This document shows positions 36,216-46,772 of a stretch of DNA of 64,000 nucleotides, piece by piece. Position numbers and translations under genes: made by a program. The notes below the pieces were generated by a model, which ran no database searches, was not told the DNA's origin, and saw only the letters and a list, made by a program, of their open reading frames with translations. Within the stretch, counting starts at the first letter, position 1, and every line of letters starts with the position of its first letter. The DNA is from Octopus bimaculoides (lineage: Eukaryota): the NCBI RefSeq assembly GCF_001194135.2, contig NC_068987.1:3047234-3111233 (forward strand). The letters run 5' to 3'.

Positions 36216-39200
36216 ATTTTCTCTTGTCTTTTCATACTCTAGATACAATACTTTCAAAATACCCTCTCTCACTGCTGATGCGGTCATTTGGCTAATGGAA
36301 ACTGTTCACTAGCTACACTTTTGGGCATTTGAGAAAATCTATTTCCTGTGTGTATGTGTGAGTTTGTGTTTGTGCCTCCTTGGCATCACAAGAAAGGTGA
36401 ACCCATAGAATAAGTACTTGGCTTTAAAAAAAATTAAGTCCTGGGGCTGATTCATTTGATCAAAAATTCTTCAAGGTAGTGTATTAAAAATAAGCTATAA
36501 ATATGGTCCAATCGAGGTGTTTGTTAATCTGAAGTTTTCTCCATTTTCTTATTATTCGTGTGTATATATATATATATATATATGTGTGTGTATGTTTGTG
36601 TGTCTGTGATTGTCCCCCACAACATCGCTTGACAACCGATGCTGGTGCATGTATGTTCCTGTAACTTAGCAGTTTGGTAAAAGAGACCAATAGAATAAGT
36701 ACTAGGCTTACAGAGAATAAGTCCTGGAGTCAATTTGCTCAACTAAAGGTGGTGCTCCAGCATGGCCACAGTCAAAATGACTGAAACAAGTAAAAAAATA
36801 AAAGAATATATATATATATCATCATCATCATCATCGTTTAACATCCGCTTTCCATGCTAGCATGGGTTGGACGATTTGACTGAGGACTGGTGAAACCGGA
36901 TGGCAACACCAGGCTCCAATCTAATTTGGCAGAGTTTCTACAGCTGGATGCCCTTCCTAACGCCAACCACTCAGAGAGAGAGAGATGGATGTGTATGTTG
37001 GTGTGTCTATGTGTGCGTTTCTGTGTGCACACGTGTCTTGACATCATGTGAATTGTCACTGTTATGTGAACAATGTTCTTTGTTTCCCGTCTTTCGTGAA
37101 AATATGTCCAACCAAGGAGAAATCTTAGTTTGCTTGAAAACAGATGAGAGTTGGCAGCAGGTAAGGCATCCTGCTGGAGAAACTCTACCTCAGCAAATTG
37201 CATCTGACCCATGCTAGCATGGAAGAGTGGATGTTAAACATTGATGATGAGCTGACAGAGCATATGTTGAAGAGGTTTGACCTAGCGACTGAAGAGGAGG
37301 ACTGACAAATTAGTAAACAAAGAAGAGACTGCTGCAGACCCTAAGACTGAGATGAAGGAATCGAGAGTGGGTCTTTAGTAAAATAGGTTAAAGGGAGATT
37401 AGTAAGTTTACAGTAGGAATTATTGATAATAGAGGAGAGATGAGTTAGTATCCTTAGAAGTTAGTATTGTTTAAATAAAGATGAAGCAATAATAACTGAA
37501 CAAATAAAGGAGCGCAGGATTTTGTAATTATAGAAGTAACACTGAGATAAAAAGATAGTACAATGGGATGATTGGAAGGAAGAGGAAAGTATTGGAGTTA
37601 TTAAAAAGGCAGTTGTTAGAAGATAAGCATGAATGAAATAAAATCTGCCACAATACACAGGACCCGTGTGGATGGGCTGCGTTAAATATGATGAAATGAT
37701 AAATAAAAAATACATTTTAATCAGTGAGCACGTGAGTAATTGGCTGTAAAGAAAATGTATTTATGTTAGAGTACACAGATATATGGGGGCAGATAGAGGA
37801 CCTGACCAAGAATCTTCATTGTTTGCCTGGATTCCATGTTGGCATGGGTTGAATGGTTTGACAGGAGCTGGCAAGGCCAGGAACCACACCAGGTTCAATT
37901 GTTTTGGCAGGATTTCTACAGCTGGACGCCCTTCTTAATGCCAACCACTTTACAGAGTGGACTGGGTGCATTTTACATGGCACCAGTGCTTTTTATGTCG
38001 ACCCCCCCCCCCAGGTAATTTTGTGTACAGTGTGGTATTTTAGGGTTGGGGAAAGTGACATTTAAGTATTTAAAAAAAAAGACAATAGAATAAGTTGTTA
38101 ATAACAGCAGAACCAATCTGCATGCAGCTGACTGGCTATTATAGCAATACTAACCTGTACATGCAAAGCTACTTTCCATATATACACACACACACACACA
38201 CACACTGCAGAATTAGAAAAGCTAGCTTGCAACACCAAATCTCTGAGGATTTCCTGAAGAAGAGGTCTTAACCTCAAAATATTGAAATATAAAATGAAAG
38301 TACAAACCATTGACTCATTTCTAGTAAATCACATTGTTTGTCTTTGTAAAAAGATTAAAAGCATTTATATCAGACAATGCTTCTCGTAAACTACTCTAAA
38401 ATATATAATATGTATATTACATTTATATTAAATAATTATGTCAGTAGAATGCAGTGGGTTGGAATCATGTTAAAATAATCTTAAAAGAAGTGAAATTATT
38501 ATGAAATAGAATAAATTATACTAAAAGAGCTAACTAATTAAGTAATAGGAAATAGGATGAATAATTATATAACAGGAAAAAAATTCTATGCAGGATGGCT
38601 ATGTGGTTAAGCAACTTGCTTTGCACATGGTTTGGGGTTCAGCCCCAATGCACAGCACCTTGAGCCAGTGTCTTCTACTATTGCCCTTGGCTGACCAATG
38701 CCTTGCATGTAAATTGCAGAGATGGGAACTGTGTGGAAGCCCATTGTATATGTGTATATATGTCTGTGTGTGACTTGTGTCACCTTCTCTCCCACCGCTC
38801 GACAACCAGTGCTGGTTTGTTTACATCCCTGTAATTTAGCAGTTTGACAAAAAGAAATGGAATGGTGAAAATAAGGTTAACTGAGGAAAATTAACAGGTT
38901 GGAAATATTCATCCAAAAAGTTCTGTGGTTTGTGTTACGGTTTAGTTTTGCAAGGTTTGAGATAACTAATATGTTAGTAAAATATGAAATTTCAATCATA
39001 TTTTTTGATAAAAAATTAGTAGTACTTATGTTAACTAATTTTAAAATTCCTTAACCACTGTAGTAGCTACAGTGGTATTAAATAGGGAATTAAACCAGCC
39101 AACATTTCTTTTTCTAAATTTATGTAAGTCCTAGGTCTGTATTCAATGCAAGTGCTTCTGTATTTGAACCTATTTCTAGATAGAGTATTGTTATAAATTT

Positions 39201-39359
39201 AAGAGGAACCTGTGAAGATTTGCTTATTGTCAGGAAGTGGGGGCAGTTTAAGAAAGATTAGGGATATTCCCCCAAGAGATTTGAGTACTTACATAGTTCA
39301 AAGATTCATTTAATTTATGGTAAGGGAAATATAAAATAAACTCTAAGGTGATGTTCTGG

Positions 39360-39770
39360 AAGTTAGCTTTAGAAGATTGTTATCGATTGTGATCTGTTAT
39401 CCTATGTTTGCACAAAGGGTAAATATATTCTGAATCAGGGATTGTGGATTGCAATTCCTTTAAGATCAATAAACCATCATCTCTATAAAGACTGCTTTTA
39501 ACGTCAGAGAAGACCATTTTAAAGTTGTGTAATATATACTGACCAATAAGATCACTAATTTCTGCCATGTCACTTATACTCTCCTCCATCCTCTATGATA
39601 ATCATGAAAGGTGAATTAAACTGTTTATTAATCCATATAGAGTTGTTATAATTGCTGAAGGTTTGGCATGTGTGCAAAATGATTTCCGTTTCAAGGTTAA
39701 TTATATGTGTGATGGAGCTGGTGAAGTTAATAGTTTTGCATTGTATAGATTTAGTGCGCAAGAGAGACAT
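39360..39770 (-). mobile_element. Penelope-like element reverse transcriptase fragment
   Basis: FTSSIT...YNNSIWINK then AEISDLIGQYILHN...SSLYRDDGLLIL; YRDDGL is the PLE RT catalytic motif. Confidence 0.78.
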
Positions 39771-40190
39771 AGTTGTTTTAAATATTAAATTGAAAGAATT
39801 TCATACTATTCTCATTTGGATCAATAAATAACTTGTAGGTTATTATTTCAAGGAGGCCAGAAAGCTATGTTGTAAACTGCAGTAATTATTCTGGCTAATA
39901 AACGATTGCTTATTATCCCTATATTAGTTTTAGCGATATTGATGTGTTTAATTGATGGCAATCAGCTTTATAGTATTTGAAGTGTGTTGGTGGGGTGAGC
40001 AACAGTGGCTCAGTTTTATTTCTTCATAGATCAGAAATGATTTTAAACCTTTGCATGTTGATCTGTCTGAGAGTTCTCCCAATCTGTTCTGTTTTTTGTT
40101 TTTTGTTAGTGTTTGTAATCGAGTCAAAGATAAATATATATTTAGACGATCACCAGTAAATATATATCTACACACACCTTTATATATATA

Positions 40191-40224
<34 letters not shown>

Positions 40225-42247
40225 ATTATGTAGATAAGGTTATAATCCAAGCTGTGTCCTTTTCAATCATGTCTGCTTATTCCAGTATTCCAAAGTTGTA
40301 TATGGATGTTATATTTGTGTGAGAAATGCATAAGAGTTGAAAAATACTGGGAAATAATTTTTGCAGAGTAATTACAAATCAAAATAGGAAATTGGAATTC
40401 TCTGTTGGTGTTGGTGTGTTTACATCTTTATAACTTAGCGTACTGGGGTCAACTTGTTCCACTAAAATCCCTTCAAAGTGGTGCTCCAGCATGGCCACAG
40501 TCTAATAACTGAAGCAAGTAAAACATCCTATATTGTTTCATAGATGTATTGTCTTCATCCTTATCATTGTTTAACATTCACTTTTCCAAGCTTGCAAGAA
40601 TCAGACAGAATTTTTTGAGGCAGATTTCTTACTGCCAGATGCTCTTCCTGTCACCAACCCTTGCCTGTTTCCAAGCCAGGTAATATTTCCCCATAGCCAG
40701 ACATGTTTTCTCAGAAGATTTACAAATGGAATAACCCTCACTTTTGTTGCCATTGTAATGTGTCCAGTTTTCAAGAATTGCTTAATTTAAAAATTTCAAG
40801 GATTTGAGCCATCTGACTTATGTTGTTTATAGATTATTTTTTGACCATTAAACTGGACATTTATTTTGAATCTCCAAAATCCAATTTCTCTCCTGGTGTG
40901 GTGAGATTTTTAGTACAAGGAGACGAGCAGACAAGGAAGTGGCTGGAAGAGGTTGGCTGCACCGTTACTTGTGTCTCTTTTATTGAAACAGAACAGTAAC
41001 AAAGGAACAATAATGGAATTCTGTTCAAACTTGGTAAAACATAAATGAGGAATGTAAACTATTTGAAAATTTTAAAACTTACTCTACATAATTTGCATAT
41101 TTGAGATTTAAATACATAAATACCTAATTAGCATATTTAATCCCTCTATCTCTTATGTTAGTTCACTTGTCAAGGCACATGTTTGTATTGTTATACTTCA
41201 AAGTGAAATGCAACAAGGGAGAAGACAAGTGTCCAGGGCAAAAAAAAAAAGAAGTTTTCTTTGGTAAGAACTGAAGAAAAAAAAATTGAAATGTTTTCAG
41301 AAGTGAATAGTGAGAGTTTTCTTTTTGCTTTGTTTTTAGCACAAAGGCTGAATGGATCTAATGTCTTTAAGTAATCCCTCAAATTGTGCAAATGATAAGA
41401 GGCTAATTGTGTGTAATAAGTAACATCTTTAGTTTCGAGTATTTGGGGTGGGGGGGTTTTCCCTGGTCACACTGGATGCTTTATTGTATTATGCTAACTC
41501 TCTGTCCACTGTTTCATCCATCCATTTGCTCTGCCCATTATTCCCTGGAAGGGTCGTGGAGCTAGAGTCCTCAGAGTCCTCAAAGAAACAACCATCATTA
41601 CAGCTTCCAACTGGATTCGCAAGCATGACCAACCAAGAGTATGGATATCATTATCCAACCATCTCATTCTTGGTCTCTAACCCTAGGTTTCCTGCTGGTT
41701 GGCTCTTGTGATTTTTTCCCTGTCATTCTAATCATATCTGTAATACCAGAACTATGATCTCTCAGTGTGAAGAATTTGCAGCTCAATATAGGGAGACTCC
41801 TTCATCTCCACCATTCCATTCCTCCATAATTTCATTTTCTAGGAAAACACAGACGTTTTCTTCCTTTTGACGAAGCAAACATTTAGCAGGATTCTCAAAA
41901 AAAGGGGTCCCAAATTTAATGACACAGGGTTATGAAGTATAGGAAATTACAAAGATATTACAAATGTAAGCAGACTTTTAGGAGGCATGTCCAAGGTGCC
42001 ATGCAGTGGGACTGAACCTGAAACTATGTGGCTGCAAAGCAAGCTTCTTAACCACACAGCCATGCTTGTGCATAACTAAAAAAAAAAAAAAAAAATAGAC
42101 AAACCAATAAATAGTGGCAACCAACTGGAATCTGAATGCTCCCTTATTGGGGTTTTAAACTAATTTACTCACTCTAGGATGCCACCATATGTTCTAAATT
42201 TGAAAACTAGAACAGTTTGGAAAATTACTATTTGTAAATCTCACAAC

Positions 42248-42494
42248 GAGATATTCAGTAAAAGTACTTTGGAGTAAAGATTGTTTGCCAACATAACATG
42301 GCAGTCCTGGTTTAGGACTGAGTGGGGGTGCTAGATTCCCTTGTTCGAGAATATAAGGACACAGATCATGTTGTATAGCCAGCTGGAGACGATGTCTCCT
42401 GGGGCTAAATTACAGCAACATTCGTCCTAAACCAGGACTGCCATGTTATGTTGGCAAACAGTCTTTACTCCAAAGTACTGTTGCTGAATATCTC
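42248..42494. mobile_element. Foldback/MITE-like element with 71-bp inverted arms
   Basis: 42248-42318 versus 42424-42494: 3 mismatches in 71 bp; weaker outer inverted match AAAACTAGAACA/TGTTCTAGTTTT. Confidence 0.8.
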
Positions 42495-43682
42495 TTAAAT
42501 GTCTGCAACACAATTGTTCTAGTTTTGTGATCCACTGTTATGTCATTCCTATCTGCACTTTTGGTATGGCACCATTCAAAAGTCCTGGTCTTGGCTTATG
42601 TTTTTTTTTTTTTTTTGTTTACACCTTTACAAGTGAAAAACTACCGATTGCATTTGTGGTATCCGTTCTTTTTGCATTTAAGGGGATACATTGCTCTGTG
42701 TTCTAGCAAAAGGTGTTCAAGATTTGATGATGTCATCAGAAATATTCTACAAGAAAGAATTTGCATTTTACTAGATTATTCTCCAATGGTGCATAGTCAT
42801 CCCACTTAAGTGGCACTCTTGGAACCCCGATAAGATTGGCCCAGGATGGAAACATACCCTGATCATAGGAAAAACTTCAACCTGGTTTGCTTTATTCAAC
42901 ATATGTGCAATGATATATTCGAAAATGGATTTTATTCATAATAATATAGAAATGAACTCTAGAATGTAGCTTGATAGTAACAGACACAGCAAATGGAATA
43001 CATTTTCTACTTGCCACTCATATTGACGGACCAGCCAAAAGAATGTTATAGATGGTAAAATAGCTGCTAGATTTGGCCAAATGGTAATTCTGACCAAGCA
43101 ATCAAGAGATCTCTAACTCTATGGTTCAATGTTTCTGAAATGACTCGTAGCAAATGAGCTGAGGAAATTGGTGCGCTTCTGCTTTAAGTGTTATAATGGA
43201 ATATTTCGTTAGCTGAAATGTAGAACAAGAAAATGTGTGTGTGTGTGTGTGTGCAAATGTTTTGTAAAGTATTTTTTGTGAATGTTTGTGTATACGTGCA
43301 AGTGTATGTGTACATTAAAATACTTGTGTGCATTTATAGTTGCATACATGTATGATGTGACAATTTAGCTAATACATGCTTCTGGAAAAAAAAAAAAAAA
43401 GAGAATGATTCTTTTAATCTGTCAGTAATGGGAGTGAAAGTGGAAGAATGGTAATTAGTCATTAGTCAGTGATTAAAATCCATTTAACCAGTCCATTCAA
43501 ATGACATTGAAATAAATCAGAATCTATCAGTGTTTCTAATGAATCATGTACCCTAACATTGCAAGAATCACTACCACTCTTATTACTTACCCATCTTTCA
43601 TCCACATCGGCTTCTAAAAACCATCCTGATTTTTTTCCCACAAATTCTTGCAGATCTCTCTGGTTTTGATACACAACATAAC

Positions 43683-43913
43683 TTAATCCATTAAATTCCA
43701 GAGTACTTAAATTTCTGAATATTACTTTTAAATTTTTACAGATGATTGAAAATAGGTTAAAATGAAAAAAATCATTATTAAAACTCCTTTACTTCAAGTA
43801 GAAACGGAAATACTCGGTGTCCTATAAATAGGACACTGGGACAATGTGATATAGCTTATTTAATATTCTCATTTAGTGTCCTATTTATAGGACAGTGGGA
43901 CTTAATGGGTTAA
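43683..43913. mobile_element. piggyBac-type MITE with palindromic subterminal repeats
   Basis: TTAA-TCCATTAAATTCCA ... TGGGACTTAATGGG-TTAA; palindrome GTGTCCTATAAATAGGACAC at 43817-43836 and a variant at 43876-43895. Confidence 0.65.
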
Positions 43914-44227
43914 ATTATTGGAGCAGGATAGCAATTAGCTAACCATCTAATCTACCTCATATGATCTACATGGTCCCTCTCAATTCTTTGGTTTCTACTT
44001 TAAAACTTCACCATGTCAGCATTTCTCATGCTGTACCTCCCTCTTGTTAATGCAATCGCCCAAGTTTCACAAACAATGGGACCATCAAACAGCCGGAGTA
44101 TGTTCATCATCATCATCATCATCATCGTTTAACGTCCGCTTTCCATGCTAGCATGGGTTGGACGATTTGACTGAGGACTGGTGAAACCGGATGGCAACAC
44201 CAGGCTCCAGTCTGATTTGGCATCATT

Positions 44228-44461
44228 TATATTATTTACATTTGATGGATATTTGTCCTCATCTTGTTTGTTGTTAACACGTTTCGGCTGATATACCCTC
44301 CAGCCTTCATCAGGTGTCTTGGGGAAATTTCAAACCTGGGGTCTCATTCCTAAGGTATTTTTCCATATTATTATTCAGGTCACTGCCTGGAATCGAACTC
44401 GGAACCTTGGGGTTAGTAGCCTGCACTCTTAACCACTACGCCATATACCCATGTAAATAAT
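44228..44461 (-). mobile_element. Complete tRNA-head + (AAT)n + hammerhead module (PLE pLTR-like or SINE-like)
   Basis: Reverse strand: GGGTATA-TGGCGTAGTGG (A box)...GAGTTCGATTCC (B box)-AGGCAGTGACCTG-(AAT)n-...AAGACAC-CTGATGA-A-GGCTG-loop-CAGCC-GAAAC-GTGTT...GGACAAATATCCATCAAATGTAAATAAT. Confidence 0.85.
44276..44320 (-). ncRNA. Minimal type I hammerhead ribozyme (cleavage triplet deleted in this copy)
   Basis: CTGATGA 44313-44307, stem II GGCTG/CAGCC, GAAAC 44285-44281, stem I GACAC/GTGTT; the GTT seen in sister copies is missing. Confidence 0.7.
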
Positions 44462-46475
44462 GTCCATAATTCCTCATCTCTTAAATATAGAACAGCAGGA
44501 GTACGTTTTTGCAACTTTAATAACTGCTTTATCAGCAATATTGAGGCCAGCTGGAGCCTTGTCTTCTACTGGTTGTGTGTCTGAGAAGTTTATAATGAAA
44601 CCTAACAGTTCTAGTTTCAATCCCACTACACAATACATTCAGCCAGTGTCTTCTACCACAGTTTGAGGTTAATAAAATCCTTGTGAGTGAAATTCAAAAG
44701 GTCATTGAGGGGTTTAAGTAGTTGTAAAATGTTCAGTTACCCAGAGTGCTTGTGCATGAGGTGCATAAAGCTTACAGCAGGCCCGCAGCTAACTGCAAAA
44801 CTAAAACCAGCAAAGAAGATCAGCTGTAAACTTCAAATATGAAATGTCATTATTTCATTAGAAATAAGTACAATTAGTTGACCTGCTGATAAATATTGAT
44901 TTTAGAATAAAAGATGACCTAATCTTTTTGCTCATGTGGTTATTGTAATACTAAATGTAAAAATCTTCTATCCTCATACAAAGCTACTTTTCCCTTCTCA
45001 TGGCTTGTGCCTAGCAATTTTAATTTCAACCTAACCACATTCTTCTCTAACTGGCATCTTTCGTGTCGAGCGAAACAATGAAATATTTTTGAAATATGTT
45101 TAAAGTGACCTGTATTTGTCTTGTCTGCTGTTTTTAAACCTTAACACAAAAAACATTGAAAGTGAGAAGCTGCTGTAAAGTATATAACCTGGCTTTTAAT
45201 GACCAGAGAGAATAAGTTTAAAATGGGTTTAGTGCAGTTTAACTTAGTTCCAGCCGGTGACCTACTTAGCTTTGAGTTTAAATCAATTACTCTTTTGTCA
45301 GCTGTGACAACTGAAATTCGTTAATAAACACCCCTGGGTTGTTGAATCTTAACTCTTTAACACAACAATTTCACAATAAAACATTTCAGTGAAAAGAGCC
45401 ATTTTACTGATGATAGAAATATGCATAGATGACTGCGCTTTAAAGTGTTGCCTGAAGTTTTGTGACTTTTGCTGGAAGGAGAAGACAGTATTCAATAGAA
45501 AAGTTGAATAGCTTTCACACCTTTTGGATTCATTCATCACTACTACAGCATGTACAGTGAAAGCTGTGCTTTGCTAAGGAGGTAGAAATGAGACCAAAAC
45601 CTATATGGAGTTGTCTCCCCTCATAAAGTATTGACTTCCCCTTGCTCCATATTAATCTGTAGTTATTTAATGCTCCATCAATTTGGTTTACACTCATTCC
45701 TCAGCCTTTCACCCCAACAAAACTTCATTGGGACTTTTTTTAAAAATTTCTCTCAATACTAATCAAGTTAATCATTAATTTTATTGTTTAACCTTAGGTC
45801 AGCTCTGATCCAATAGGCTTGTAATTAAAAATGTTTCAGCCATGACCATTGTATCTCTATTTGAGACTCACTGTATCTAAGACAAAATCATCCACTGTGT
45901 TCTTGAAGGTAAGAGTGTGATTTGAAGGCAATGTGGCTGATTTCTAGCAGGTCAGGCAACCTCCTAAAGGATCATTGTTAACATGTTTAAAGTGAGAAAA
46001 CTTTGAAAAATGTTTTGAAGTGATTTACTGAAATAAGCCAATATATTTATAAATCATTGTATATATATTGACTGTTCTGTAAAGCTTGTATTATATACAC
46101 TATATTATATAGACCATTTTATACAGACTAGACGTATGGACTATTTTATATAAACCATATTCAAGGGCCTCTCTACTAAGATTCTCTGACCCCATATTCC
46201 TGCAAAATTTGGCTAAAGTTACAATCTGAAGATCTCTGGGGTTATTATATTCTATTTCCTGCCAGTGTTGTCTGGAAATATCTTAAAAGCACCCAAATGA
46301 TTCAACGGATCATTCTTTAAACTGATCCCAAAACGCTTTTTCCCTTTTTTTTTTTTTTAAATAGTACGATTAGAATAGATGAACCTCTTTCAAAAAGAAT
46401 TGTTTAACAGAAAATAACCACATTATTTACATTATTTACATTTGTCAGATATTTGTCCTCATCTTGTTTGTTGTT

Positions 46476-46523
46476 AACACAATGTTTCGGCTGATATACT
46501 CTCCAGCCTTCATCAGGTGTCTT
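46476..46523 (-). ncRNA. Minimal type I hammerhead ribozyme, core intact
   Basis: AAGACAC-CTGATGA-A-GGCTG-GAGAGTATAT-CAGCC-GAAAC-ATT-GTGTT; only the G of the CG step (consensus GAAACGTT) has changed to A. Confidence 0.75.
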
Positions 46524-46642
46524 GGGGAAATTTCAAACCTGGGTTCTCATTCCTAAGGTATTTTTTGATGTTATTATATGGCGTAGTGGTTAAGAGTGCA
46601 GGCTACTAACCCCAAGATTCCGAGTTCAACTCCAGGCAGTGA

Positions 46643-46674
<32 letters not shown>

Positions 46675-46726
46675 GTAATATCGAAAAATACCTTAGGAAT
46701 GAGAACCCAGGTTTGAAATTTCCTCA

Positions 46727-46772
46727 AAACACCTGATGAAGGCTGGAGGGTATATCAGCCAATATGTTGTGT
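46727..46772 (+). ncRNA. Degenerate hammerhead ribozyme
   Basis: AAACAC-CTGATGA-A-GGCTG-GAGGGTATAT-CAGCC-AATAT-GTT-GTGT; GAAAC mutated, GTT retained. Confidence 0.6.

Larger units (their letters stand above)
46420..46772. mobile_element. Inverted pair of the tRNA-head/hammerhead module
   Basis: Headless minus copy 46420-46577 joined to plus copy 46576-46772; 101-bp arms 46477-46577 and 46672-46772 have 10 mismatches. Confidence 0.85.

Noticed and set aside
35170-36290. Twin-priming inversion of one RTE insertion
   Set aside because: The fragments converge (5' part forward, 3' part reverse), which is not the twin-priming order; two adjacent fragments or a later rearrangement is more likely.
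44375-44450. tRNA gene (apparent ACT anticodon loop CTACTAA)
   Set aside because: A and B boxes are present, but the acceptor, anticodon and T stems pair poorly in all copies; it is a tRNA-derived repeat head, not a tRNA.
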